A stretch of 64,000 bases of DNA from SAR202 cluster bacterium (GCA_016872355.1 VGZY01000001.1:33803-97802), one strand, 5' to 3'. Counted from the first letter of the stretch, positions 9,337-18,753 are shown. Numbers and translations are program-made. Notes: generated by a model not told the origin, from the letters alone.

Positions 9337-11187
9337 TCACCGGTACCACTCGGCCTGGAGCTTGTACAGCTCCGCGTATGGACCCCCTCTCGCTACAAGC
9401 TCGTCGTGCGACCCTTCCTGAACAATGCGCCCCGTTTCCATGAACACGATCCTATCGGCCAGGCGCGCGGAGCCCAGTCGGTGCGAGATGATCAAGACGG
9501 TCTTGCCCTTTGAAAGGTCAAGGAACTGGCGGTACACCTCCAAATCCGCGAGCGCGTCCAGAGCGGACGTGGGTTCGTCTAGAACGAGAATCTCCGCATT
9601 CCTCAGATACACGCGCGCGATTGCCAGCTTCTGCCACTGCCCTCTGGAAAGCTCCATTCCACCCTCAAACTCTTTACCCAATGGCGTTTCAAAGCCCTTC
9701 GGCAGCTTCCTGATATCCTGCAGTGAGCCGCTCATCGCCGCCGCGGCTTCGACGGCCGCCCTGTTGTTCATCCTTTCCGTCCGCCCTAACCCGATGTTCT
9801 CCTCAACCGTAAAGGCGAACTTCACAAACTCCTGGAATACGACTCCCGTCCGGTCCCGCCATGACTTCTGATCGATCTCTCTCAGGTCTACACCGCCCAC
9901 CGTTATCGCCCCTTCGGTGGGCGTGTACAGACCGAGCAGCAGCTTCGTCAGTGTCGTCTTCCCCGCGCCGTTTTCCCCCACGAGCGCGACACGCTCGCCG
10001 GGGCGGATTCGGAAGTCCACGCGATCCAGGGCGGTCTTCTTCCCGCCGGTGTGCTTGTAGGTGACCGATTTGAACTCAATTCCTTGTTTCAGGGTCGACG
10101 GCGCTTCCACCGCTGTCGCCTTCTCATCCCCCGCAAGTTTGAGGAACCTGGAGGCATGGTCCATAAGGCCGAGAAATTCTCCAACTCCAAGGAGGCCGCC
10201 GCCGAAGCCGTTGACGTACGACAGGTACATCTGGGTAACAGTGATCATCGCCACGACCGTGCCCGCGGATATGGCGCCGCTCGAGGCCTGGTACAGCAGC
10301 AGGGCTATCGTGCCGCCGAGTATGGCAAGGTTCAGGGCTATTGGCGGCACCGCCTTGGGGATCAGCGACCGGCGCACCAAAGACACTTCGCGCATTCGAG
10401 AATCGTTAAGCGTCTTCCAGGAGTCCCTGACATGCGCGCCAAGGCCGAAAAGGCGCACCTCGGCCGCGGCCTCCCGTTCGGATACCAGGCCGCGCCAGTA
10501 CTCCAACCTTCGTTTCGCTTTTGCCTGTTTGCCCCACACCTCGTTATTCGCCTTGATTTCCCTGACGCTGCGCTGGGCCATTGCCGCACCGCCGACAAGC
10601 ATGAGGAATGGAATACTCCAGTGAACGCTGGCGGCGACGATCATCAAGCCCATGCCTCCGACCACGGTAGTGAGGAATGCCTGGTGTTTTGGCAGATCTA
10701 TGCTGATCACCCTCTCCTGCATTGCCCACTTCGCGCGGTTGAAGGACTCGAAGAAATCGGGGCTTTCGAAGCGGTCGAGGCTCATTCCGAAGGCCTTGCT
10801 GTACATCAGCGCCTCGTACCGGGCCGTCACTCGCTCGGAGAGCTGCGCCGTAAGATAGTTCTGGATGGTGTCGCTTAGTAGCAGGGAGGTCAGGACTTTC
10901 ACGCCGACGAAGAGAGCCAGCCAGGGGAGGAAAGGCCGGAGTGCTTCTATCAGCGGGAGGCCCGCGCGCGAAGCGCTAGCCTGCAAAGCGTCAATCAGCC
11001 CTACTGTCGCCTTGACGAGAACGACGGGCGCAATGCCGCCCAGGACGACGGCCACGGCCGCAAAGAGTGAGTACCATGGCCATGGGATGACCAGAGACTC
11101 CCAAACGAACCTGGCCAATTCCAGAGACGCTGAAATGCGCCCTCGGACGGTCAAAGACGGCTTTGCTGATGCAGTCGCAGCAACCAT
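9337..11187 (-). CDS. ABC exporter, fused permease/ATPase (MsbA/MdlB type)
   Basis: 616 aa with an N-terminal 6-TM-like domain. Walker A GENGAGKTT, signature LSRGQWQ, Walker B ILVLDEPTSALD, H-loop ISHRL. Confidence 0.9.
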   Translation of the reverse strand: MVAATASAKPSLTVRGRISASLELARFVWESLVIPWPWYSLFAAVAVVLGGIAPVVLVKATVGLIDALQASASRAGLPLIEALRPFLPWLALFVGVKVLTSLLLSDTIQNYLTAQLSERVTARYEALMYSKAFGMSLDRFESPDFFESFNRAKWAMQERVISIDLPKHQAFLTTVVGGMGLMIVAASVHWSIPFLMLVGGAAMAQRSVREIKANNEVWGKQAKAKRRLEYWRGLVSEREAAAEVRLFGLGAHVRDSWKTLNDSRMREVSLVRRSLIPKAVPPIALNLAILGGTIALLLYQASSGAISAGTVVAMITVTQMYLSYVNGFGGGLLGVGEFLGLMDHASRFLKLAGDEKATAVEAPSTLKQGIEFKSVTYKHTGGKKTALDRVDFRIRPGERVALVGENGAGKTTLTKLLLGLYTPTEGAITVGGVDLREIDQKSWRDRTGVVFQEFVKFAFTVEENIGLGRTERMNNRAAVEAAAAMSGSLQDIRKLPKGFETPLGKEFEGGMELSRGQWQKLAIARVYLRNAEILVLDEPTSALDALADLEVYRQFLDLSKGKTVLIISHRLGSARLADRIVFMETGRIVQEGSHDELVARGGPYAELYKLQAEWYR

Positions 11188-11379
11188 GCATTCACTCCCC
11201 TGTTCAGCCAGTGAGGATTGACACGCACGCCATTATGGACGCTTTCTAATGGGACGTCAACTACTTATGTTCGGCGGATAGTGAAGCACCGCTAGTAGTA
11301 ACACGTCTCAGGAAACAGAACAAGAATTGAAACAAACGGGGATTTATGGTGTAATTCGTTTAGTGTAATTACAAACAAA

Positions 11380-11408
11380 GGGCCAATCGGAGAGCTTCCG
11401 GTTGGCCC
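11380..11408. terminator. hairpin terminator after the HTH/F1-beta-like gene
   Basis: gggccaa...ttggccc stem with an inner cgga/tccg pairing and T-rich runs on both sides, in a locally AT-rich spacer. Confidence 0.6.
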
Positions 11409-11431
11409 TTTTGTGTTCAATTCGTGTCCCG

Positions 11432-12499
11432 TTATTTCAAATCCCGCGGCAGGCTGCCGAGGAACATCAACTTTTCCACAGGCACGCCGTCCACAGCGCC
11501 GTCCAGTATCCGCCGCACGCCGTCCAGCGCCTCGGACAGGGGCACCCACGCGCCGGGGCGCTTCGTGTGGGCCTCCGCGGAGAAGAACGGCTGAGTCATG
11601 AACGCTTCCAGACGCTCTCCCGCACGATAGACGGAACGGTCGGGCTCCGGAATGGCGTCTGCGCTCCTCATGCTTACCAGCAGGCGTAGCTCCTGGTAAC
11701 GCCTCAGCACAAGCCTGGCGTTCGCGACAGTCGCGAAATGGGATGCCTCGATCTGCGCGCCGTCCAGCAGGGTAGACGTCGACGGTATTGGGTCAATAGC
11801 GGGGTACAGGACGCGCGTCGCGAGGTGCTGCTCGAAGCGCCAGACCGTCTCCAGGGGGCCGAAGGGCGCGCCTTCGATATCGGGCGTCTGCCCGGTCAGG
11901 TCGTAGAGGGCGAAAGTGACGGGCCGCGCGCCCGCCTCCCTTGCCCTTTCCCGGATTGTCGTCAGCTCGCCCGACAGCACCTTCTCGCGGTCGGTCACGA
12001 CGAAAATGTCGTGCTCAACGCCGGATGACCCCAGCAGCGCGGCGGCTTCGTCGAGCGTGGAGACGGTCATGCCGGCATCGGCGGCCAGAGCGTCGGTGAA
12101 ACGACGCTCTTCCTCAGGAAGCCAGAGCACTGTCTCAAAGCCGCGGTGGCTCTTGAGAGTGCGGACCAGTTCCTGGAGCAGGACGACCTGTCCCAGGCCG
12201 GGCCTGGAGATCGCCCCGGCGATGCCGCCGCGGACGAGCGGCGCAAACAGGTCGATTACCTTGATGCCGGTCTCAACCATCCCGGCGGCCCCGGTCTTCA
12301 CAAGGAGCTCATCGAGGGTGCACCCGGCGAGAGAGGCCAGTGCCGCGAGGGTGCGGACCTCTGCCCTCCCAATCGGTATCTTGCCGGTGCAAAGGTCGGA
12401 GACGGTTGCAGGGCGCAGGCCAACGGAGCGGGCGGCGGACGTGAGATTCGGGACACGGCGACGCAACAGTGGGACGTTTAGCAAAAGGTCCTCAGGCAT
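11432..12499 (-). CDS. XRE-type HTH domain fused to a degenerate F1-ATPase beta-subunit-like body (putative regulator)
   Basis: N-terminus LTSAARSVGLRPATVSDLCTGKIPIGRAEVRTLAALASLAGCTLDELL is a Cro/XRE HTH. The rest tracks AtpD: ETGIKVIDLFAPLVRGG, YPAIDPIPSTSTLLD (beta: YPAVDPLDSTS), RYQELRLLV (RYKELQDII), TQPFFSAEAHTKRPGAWVPLSEALDGVRRILDG (SQPFFVAEVFTGSPGKYV...). The P-loop position reads SRPGLGQV instead of GGAGVGKT. GGAAGGAGG RBS favours the ATG at 12499 over the GTG at 12508. Confidence 0.8.
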   Translation of the reverse strand: MPEDLLLNVPLLRRRVPNLTSAARSVGLRPATVSDLCTGKIPIGRAEVRTLAALASLAGCTLDELLVKTGAAGMVETGIKVIDLFAPLVRGGIAGAISRPGLGQVVLLQELVRTLKSHRGFETVLWLPEEERRFTDALAADAGMTVSTLDEAAALLGSSGVEHDIFVVTDREKVLSGELTTIRERAREAGARPVTFALYDLTGQTPDIEGAPFGPLETVWRFEQHLATRVLYPAIDPIPSTSTLLDGAQIEASHFATVANARLVLRRYQELRLLVSMRSADAIPEPDRSVYRAGERLEAFMTQPFFSAEAHTKRPGAWVPLSEALDGVRRILDGAVDGVPVEKLMFLGSLPRDLK

Positions 12500-12518
12500 A
12501 GCGGTCACCTCCTTCCGC

Positions 12519-12544
12519 TATACCGTAACATATCTTACGTTATA
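12519..12544. promoter_or_regulatory. imperfect inverted repeat, candidate operator of the HTH/F1-beta-like gene
   Basis: TATACCGTAAC-ATAT-CTTACGTTATA. The half-sites match 9 of 11 as reverse complements, 20-45 nt upstream of the start codon. Confidence 0.4.
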
Positions 12545-12569
12545 CAGTAAATAGCCTTGCGCTCGCGCG

Positions 12570-13115
12570 TTACGCCTTCAGCTTCGCCAGGTACTCCTTG
12601 CGGAACTTCGCCACCTTGGGCGCGATAATGTATGCGCAGTATCCCTGGTCCGGGTTGCGTCGGAAGTATTGCTGGTGGTACTCCTCGGCGGGGTAGAAGA
12701 CCTCGCTCTCCCGCACGTCGGTTATGATGGGGCGGTTCCAGACCTTGCGGCGGGTGAAGTCGTAGATCACGTCGTCGGCGGTGGCCTTCTGCTCCGGGCT
12801 ATGGTAGAAGACGGCCGACCGGTACTGCGGACCGATGTCGTTCCCCTGCCGGTCCTTCGTCGTGGGGTCGTGTATTGTGAAGAAGACCTCGAGGATCTCC
12901 TTGAACGAGACTACGGCGGGGTCGAACGTCACCTGAACAACCTCCACGTGGCCGGTCTTGCCGGTGCACACCGCCTTGTAGCTCGGGTTCTCGACGTGGC
13001 CGCCGGTGTAGCCGGACACCACCTTCTCCACTCCCTTGAGCTGCTCGTACACCGCCTCCAGGCACCAGAAACAGCCGCCGCCAAGGGTAGCCTGCTCTCT
13101 CGTTTGCGTGGTCAT
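12570..13115 (-). CDS. msrA: peptide-methionine (S)-S-oxide reductase
   Basis: GGGCFWCLEAVYEQLKGVEKVVSGYTGG active-site signature. AAGGAGGG RBS before the ATG at 13115. Confidence 0.9.
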   Translation of the reverse strand: MTTQTREQATLGGGCFWCLEAVYEQLKGVEKVVSGYTGGHVENPSYKAVCTGKTGHVEVVQVTFDPAVVSFKEILEVFFTIHDPTTKDRQGNDIGPQYRSAVFYHSPEQKATADDVIYDFTRRKVWNRPIITDVRESEVFYPAEEYHQQYFRRNPDQGYCAYIIAPKVAKFRKEYLAKLKA

Positions 13116-13213
13116 GGCCCTTCGCCCTCCTTGAAGTCTCAAACTATCGCGATTATTTGATACCATGCGGGGTAGTTCAGGTTCACATTAACACTAATGC
13201 GGAGTGTGCACCA

Positions 13214-14827
13214 ATGGGCGGAATCGTCGTCTGCGTTCACCAAAGGCCTGCCGAGGAGGGAGCGAAGGTGCTGGAGGCCGGCGGCGACGCCTTCGACGCC
13301 GCAGTGACGACCGCGTTCTGCCAGATGGCGATCCTCCCCTTCTCCTGCGGCGTGGGCGGCGGCATGACCGCCATTCTCTACTCCGCTCTCAACCGCGAGC
13401 GAGTGGCGATCGACGGCAACATGCGCGCGGGGTCCAGGGTCACGCCGGTCATGTGGGCGAAGGACTACCTGGGCGAGTCCGACTACATAGGCGAGAGCCT
13501 GTTTGCGGACTACCGGAGCACGATGGGTTACACCTCCATCTGCACGCCCGGCTCCGTCGCCGCGCTGGCGGACATGCACCGCCGCTTCGGCACAATGCCG
13601 TGGCCGGAGCTGCTGCAGCCGGCAGCGCGCCTCGCCCGCGACGGGTACGCGCTCACGGACGACTTCCTTCGCTAGTACCTGCCCTCAGTGGGGCCGTACG
13701 AGCCCGGAGGGATAGAGCGCATCAAGGCGACGGCGGAGGCGGCGCGCCTTTTCCTCCGGCCGGACGGCGGGCCTCTGCCGGAGGGGCACATCCTCAAAAA
13801 CCCTCACCACGCGGAAACATTCGAACGGCTGGCGCGATACGGCCCTCAGGACTTCTACACCGGCAGCCTGGCGCGGGACATTGCAGACGACCTTGCGAAG
13901 AACGGCGCGTTTGTGACGCTGGACGACCTCCGCGAGTACCGCACGACGACGTACGCGCCGAGTAACACGTACTACGGCCGGTACGCCGTGTACTCCAACA
14001 ACCCTCCCGGCGCAGGGGCGCTGCTGCAGGAGGCGCTGAACGTGCTGGACGGCCTCGATATGGGCTCTCTGGAGCACAACGGCGCTGAGTACCTGGCGCG
14101 GCTTGCATCGACGATGCAGCTTGTGAACCAGGACCGGCGCGACTACCTGGGAGACCCGGAGGCCATTGGCGAGGGGCCGGGGAATGTGCTACGTTCCGGG
14201 GAGCGAGCAGCAGTCCTTCGCAAAGCCGTGCTCGCGGGCGTGGTGGTCGGAATCGCACCGCGGAAGGAGTCACCGGACACCACGCACATGACCGTCGTGG
14301 ACGGGCACGGCAACATAGCGTCGATCACGCACACGCTTGGCGCGCACTCTGGGGTCGTAACTCCGGGGCTGGGGTTTGTGCATAACGACGGGATGAACCG
14401 CTTCGACGCGCGCCCCGGGCGGCCCAGCTCGCTCGCGCCGCGCAAGGCCCGGCTGCACCTGATGATGCCGACGATAATATTCGACGGCGACTCGCCGTAC
14501 ATGGTGCTGGGCGCGCCTGGCGGGAACGGCATCCTGAGCGCACTCTCGCAGACCTTCCTGAATATCGTGGAGTTCGACATGACCGCCGGCGAGGCGGTCC
14601 TTTCGCCTCGCATCCACGCGGAGGGCTCGACGATCTGGTGCGAGTCGCGCTCCCGCTCGGACACGCTCGACGAACTCCGTGCCCGCGGCCACACCGTCGT
14701 GAAGGACTACATGTCCCTCGGCCGCCGCTTCGCCAAGGCGCACGTCGTCGTCATGCACCCGGACGGCCAGCTGGACGTAGGCTCAGACCCGCGCGGCTCG
14801 ATGGGCGTCGTCAAGGCTCGGGGGTGA
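13214..14827 (+). pseudogene. ggt: gamma-glutamyltransferase family protein with an in-frame TAG
   Basis: ORFs 13157-13675 and 13688-14827 are in the same frame and read through as ...DDFLR*YLPSVGPYEPGG. The GGT nucleophile context is SPDTTHMTVVDGHGN. TAG at 13673-13675. No signal peptide. Confidence 0.8.
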
Positions 14828-14938
14828 GGGCCGCACGTCTCACATAAACGGACTCTTCCGGTGCGCCTCTCACAATGCTAAGATTCCCAAGTCGCGGTCG
14901 GTCTACCCTGACATTATTACGCAAGGGAGTGTGCGCGC

Positions 14939-16090
14939 ATGAAGGCTGTCGTATACGAGGCCCCGTTCAAGGTCGCGGTCAAGAACGTCCCGGACCCGAA
15001 GATCGAGCACCCCAACGACGTCATCGTGAAGATCACCTCGTCGTGCATCTGCGGCTCCGACCTGCACATGTACGAGGGGCGCACCGCCGCCAAGCCCGGC
15101 ATCGTGTTCGGACACGAGAACATGGGAGTGATCGTGGAGACGGGCGCCGGAGTGTCCCAGCGCAAGAAGGGCGACCGCGTCGTCCTGCCGTTCAATGTGG
15201 CGTGCGGCTTCTGCCACAACTGCATCTGAGGCTTCACCGGCTTCTGCACCACGGTCAACCCCGGCTTCGCCGGCGGCGCGTACGGCTACGTGGCGATGGG
15301 GCCGTGGACGGGAGGCCAGGCGGAGTACCTGAAGGTGCCGTACGCCGACTTCAACTGCCTGCCGCTGCCGCAGGGCAAGGAGCACGAGGCCGACTTCGCG
15401 CTGCTCTCGGACATCTTCCCCACCGGCTACCACGGCGCGGAGCTTGCGGGCGTGAAGCCGGGCGAGAGCGTGGCGGTCTTCGGCGCCGGCCCGGTGGGCC
15501 TCATGGCGGCTTATAGCTGCGTCATCAAGGGCGCGGCAGAGACTTACGTCGTGGACCACGTCAAGGAGCGCCTGGACAAGGCGAAGTCCATCGGCGCGAT
15601 ACCGATAGACTTCAGCAAGGCGGACCCCGTACAGCAGATCAAGGACAAGCGCGGCGGCAAGGGGACAGACAAGGGCATCGACGCCGTGGGCTACCAGGCC
15701 GTGAAGGCGGGCTCCTCCGCCGCCGGAGGAGAGCAGGACGAGGTGCCGAACATCGTCCTCAACCAGCTCATCGACGTGGTGACGCCCACCGGCGTTCTGG
15801 GCATACCGGGCCTGTATGTGCCGTCCGACCCCGGCGGCGTGAACGAGGGCGCGAAGAAGGGCTCGCTGGCGATGAACTTCGGCAAGCTGTTCGAAAAGGG
15901 GCTGAAGCTCGGCACGGGCCAGTGCAACGTAAAGACATACAACTCGTACCTGCGAGACATGATTATCGCCGGCCGCGCCAAGCCCCGCTTCGTCGTCTCC
16001 CACGAGGTGCCGCTGGACAGCGCGCCCGAGGCCTATCGCAAGTTCGACCGCCGTGAGGACGGCTACACAAAGGTGATCCTGCACCCGTAG
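14939..16090 (+). pseudogene. zinc-dependent, glutathione-independent formaldehyde-dehydrogenase-like alcohol dehydrogenase with an in-frame TGA
   Basis: MKAVVYEAPFKVAVKNVPDPKIEHPNDVIVKITSSCICGSDLHMYEGR...GHENMG...CGFCHNCI*GFTGFCTTVNPGFAGGAYGYVAMGPWTGGQAEYLKVPYADFNCLPLP. Both ORFs share a frame. TGA at 15227-15229 falls where homologues as I recall have Arg (CGA). Confidence 0.8.
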
Positions 16091-16104
16091 CTCACACCAC
16101 CGGT

Positions 16105-16140
16105 CCGGCAGGGGCCCTGATGCCTCGGGGCCCCTGCCGG
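16105..16140. terminator. bidirectional hairpin terminator
   Basis: ccggcaggggcc (16105-16116) pairs perfectly with ggcccctgccgg (16129-16140), between convergent genes. Confidence 0.7.
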
Positions 16141-16150
16141 TAATCGCCAA

Positions 16151-17341
16151 TTACACCTTCGTCACCTCTATGAAGTACCCGTCGTTTTTCACGCGGTCGT
16201 ATGCCTTTTCGAACTCAGGCGAGCCGTCGTCTATCCAGCGCGAGTACTTCTGGCCGATTACGCCGTTCACTTCATTGCCCGCGATGCCGACGATGTTCGT
16301 CTGGCCAAGGCTGTAGACGGTGTGGCCTCCCGCCAGCTTCAGGACGCCAACATACCGCGGTGCCTCGCGCGGTTTGTTCGCCGAGATGCGGGCCAGGGCC
16401 TTCTCGTCCACCTCGAAGCCCAGTCCCGGCCCGTCAGGCACCGGCGAGAAGCCCTCGTGCACCGGTATGCGCTTCGTCGTAATATCCACGTCGCACTGGT
16501 CGTCCAGGTTGATCATGTGGCCGGAGGCCGTCGGCAGGACCGCCGCCACGTGCAGCGCCATCGCTTTGGCGAGCGTGCCGCCGCAGAACTGGATGAGCAC
16601 CTGGATGTTCGCGCGGCCGTAGGCGTGGCCTTCCGACATCATCGTCCCAACCGGCCCGCCGATCATGTAGGCATCCGCCATCCCGTGGATTACCTCCTGC
16701 ATGCCACCCATTGCAGCGCCGCCGCCGTGCACGACCGTCAGCTTCGTCCGGTTGCGCAACTCCCGCCAGCTCGTGACGTCGGTCTTGTCCATGGGGTCTT
16801 CCAGCCACTGCACGATGGGGTGCTTGCGCTCCAGCTCGTTGATAATCGGCAACAGGGCGGCCAGCGTCTTGGGGCGGCGAGGGCGGCCGGTGAAATCGTA
16901 GTGCAGCTTGAAGCCGGGAGGCGTCACCTCCTCGGCGGCCTTCGTCCACTCGAACAGGTCCTCAAGCGCGTTCGTATGGATCTTGAAGATCATGTACCCC
17001 TGCTTCACCGCGCGCGCCACGTCCGCCTGGAACTCCTTTGCGGTGGGGCCGCCCCAGGACCACGCCGCCACCTGCGCGCCATCGCGCACCTTTTGCCCCA
17101 GCAGCGCGTGGACGGGCTTGTCCAGGTACTTGCCCATGATGTCGTAGAGGGCCATGCCGAGGCCCTCCTCCACGTTCGTGTTCAGGTAGTCGAATGGGTC
17201 CTTCCCTATGTGCGGCTCCAGCCTGTCGCGCGGCGGGGGCAGCCCGCCCCAGTCGTAGTCGCCCCAGCCCACGATACCGTTGTCCGTCGTGACCTTGTAG
17301 ACCATGCGGTGGTATGTGCCGTCGCGCGTCTTCACGTGCAA
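16151..17341 (-). CDS. enolase-superfamily (mandelate racemase/muconate lactonizing enzyme-like) protein; 5' end uncertain
   Basis: VKTRDGTYHRMVYKVTTDNGIVGWGD capping-domain pattern and an LEDP-type metal-ligand region. The ORF-track extension to 17515 is antisense to a receiver domain and is not credible. Only TTG 17341 or GTG 17335 are available as starts, and neither has an RBS. Confidence 0.7.
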   Translation of the reverse strand: MHVKTRDGTYHRMVYKVTTDNGIVGWGDYDWGGLPPPRDRLEPHIGKDPFDYLNTNVEEGLGMALYDIMGKYLDKPVHALLGQKVRDGAQVAAWSWGGPTAKEFQADVARAVKQGYMIFKIHTNALEDLFEWTKAAEEVTPPGFKLHYDFTGRPRRPKTLAALLPIINELERKHPIVQWLEDPMDKTDVTSWRELRNRTKLTVVHGGGAAMGGMQEVIHGMADAYMIGGPVGTMMSEGHAYGRANIQVLIQFCGGTLAKAMALHVAAVLPTASGHMINLDDQCDVDITTKRIPVHEGFSPVPDGPGLGFEVDEKALARISANKPREAPRYVGVLKLAGGHTVYSLGQTNIVGIAGNEVNGVIGQKYSRWIDDGSPEFEKAYDRVKNDGYFIEVTKV

Positions 17342-17420
17342 ATAGCGATCGGCAATCGTTGAGACAGCCGCGAACGGGCTCGAAGGGCTGGACAAGCTGG
17401 AGCAGACCCGGCCCGACCTC

Positions 17421-18392
17421 GTGTTCCTGGATGTCTCCATGCCGGTCATGGGCGGGCTGGAGGCGCTTGAGAAGGCGCGCGCCCGCGGGGTTGACGCGGC
17501 AATCATAATGACCACGGCATTCGGCTCAGGGCAGGTGGCGATAGATACTCTGAGACTGGGCGCGGACGACTACCTGAGGAAGCCGTTTGAGCCGCACGAG
17601 TTCAACGCCGTTCTCCTGCGCGCCGTCCGCCGCCTGGATCTGTCCCGCCAGAACGCCTTCCTGCAGCAGCAGCTCGACCAGAAGCGGATACAGCTTGAGG
17701 CAGAGATTGCGAAGGCCGCGTCCGTCCAGTCAAAGCTCCTGCCGTGCGAGCTGCCGGCGATACCCGGCTTCGAGGTGGCTGCCCGCTGCATACCTGCGCG
17801 AGAGGTTGGCGGAGACCTCTTCGACTGGCAAGAGGCCTACAGGGGCACTACCGCGATTGCGCTGGGAGACGTGTCAGGCAAGGGGATGTCCGCCGCGCTG
17901 CTCATGGCGACGGTGCGCGCCACCCCCCGCGGAGTCACGCCGGCGCACCCCCCGGCGACCGCTATAGACATCGCAGAGCAGGCGCTGCACGATGACTTCG
18001 AGCGCTCGGAGAGCTTCGTTACCCTCTTCTGCGCCCATGTGGACCCGCGCAAACGCCAGGTATCGTTCGTGGATGCGGGCCATCGATACGCGTTCATACG
18101 GCGCGCTGGCGGCAACGTTGAGCTGCTTGAGCCGAGGGGATTCCCGCTGGGAGTAATGCCGGAGGAGCGTTACGAGCAAGGCGCTTTCACTCTGGCAGGC
18201 GGCGACGCGCTGGTGACGTACTCGGACGGGCTCGTGGGCGCAAGCGCTTATGAAGACCTGACGCCCGAGATAATGTCCGAGGCGCTTGAGGGAGCGGCGT
18301 CCGCCCAGGAGATGGTGGAGCGGCTGGTGGGCCTTCCCAGACGGGATGGCGATCCGCCGGATGACATGACTGTGCTCGTGCTGAGAGGATAG
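17421..18392 (+). CDS. 5'-truncated response-regulator receiver fused to a PP2C (SpoIIE/RsbU-type) phosphatase
   Basis: The frame opens after TAG 17343-17345 with AIVETAANGLEGLDKLEQTRPDLVFLDVSMPVMGGLEAL, which is a receiver from about beta3 onward. The first ~25 residues, including the acidic pocket, are absent. The PP2C part has REVGGDLFDW and GDVSGKGMSAALLMA. Confidence 0.75.
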   Translation: MFLDVSMPVMGGLEALEKARARGVDAAIIMTTAFGSGQVAIDTLRLGADDYLRKPFEPHEFNAVLLRAVRRLDLSRQNAFLQQQLDQKRIQLEAEIAKAASVQSKLLPCELPAIPGFEVAARCIPAREVGGDLFDWQEAYRGTTAIALGDVSGKGMSAALLMATVRATPRGVTPAHPPATAIDIAEQALHDDFERSESFVTLFCAHVDPRKRQVSFVDAGHRYAFIRRAGGNVELLEPRGFPLGVMPEERYEQGAFTLAGGDALVTYSDGLVGASAYEDLTPEIMSEALEGAASAQEMVERLVGLPRRDGDPPDDMTVLVLRG

Positions 18393-18411
18393 AAGGCCGG
18401 GTCTCTGGAGA

Positions 18412-18753
18412 GTGTCAATGAAGATCGACGTGACGCCCCGAGCAGGGGGCGTGGCCGTGGTGGCGCCAACCGGCAGGCTGGACCTGATGACCGCGCCGGA
18501 ACTGAAGCAGCGACTCTCCACCGAGATAGCCGCCGGCAACTTCCGGCTCCTGATTGACCTGGGCAGTATCTCCTTCGTGGACAGCTCCGGGCTCGGCGCG
18601 CTCATCGCCGGGCTCAAAGCGGCGAGACTAAAGGGTGGCGATCTCCGCATTGCGCGGCCGGGCGACCAGGCGAAATCCGTCCTGGAGCTCACCAGCCTTC
18701 ACCGCGTGCTGAAGCCCCATGAATCTGTCGAAACGGCTCTCGCCGGATTCTAG
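18412..18753 (+). CDS. STAS-domain anti-sigma-factor antagonist (SpoIIAA/RsbV-like)
   Basis: RLDLMTAPELKQRL...LIDLGSISFVDSSGLGALI has the phosphorylatable Ser context DSSGLG. About 110 aa. The start could be the ATG at 18418. Confidence 0.85.
   Translation: MSMKIDVTPRAGGVAVVAPTGRLDLMTAPELKQRLSTEIAAGNFRLLIDLGSISFVDSSGLGALIAGLKAARLKGGDLRIARPGDQAKSVLELTSLHRVLKPHESVETALAGF

Noticed and set aside
13673-13675. Three in-frame TAG codons (13673, 32587, 60895) as pyrrolysine or stop-codon reassignment
   Set aside because: TAG also terminates ordinary genes here (e.g. the MBL hydrolase at 1955-1957, rsmD, and the LLM gene at 34895-34897). The affected positions are not conserved special residues. No pyl genes were seen. 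Nonsense mutation or sequencing error is simpler.
15227-15229. In-frame TGA in the ADH/formaldehyde dehydrogenase as a selenocysteine codon (a SelA-like gene is present at 20467-21666)
   Set aside because: The position aligns with Arg (CGA), not Cys, in homologues as I recall them. No SECIS-like hairpin follows immediately. The SelA-like protein lacks the SelA N-terminal domain and looks DgaE-like. No selB or selD is in the window. TAA and TAG also interrupt other genes.
14903-16150. 415-aa minus-strand ORF over the formaldehyde-dehydrogenase-like gene. Similar antisense or off-frame ORFs occur at 16322-17362(+), 18864-20384(+), 27275-29122(-), 33731-34762(-), 53731-55467(-) and 56624-58489(+).
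   Set aside because: All overlap genes with clear family motifs on the other strand or in another frame. Their translations are compositionally biased (R/A/G/P/H-rich) and lack RBSs and recognisable domains.
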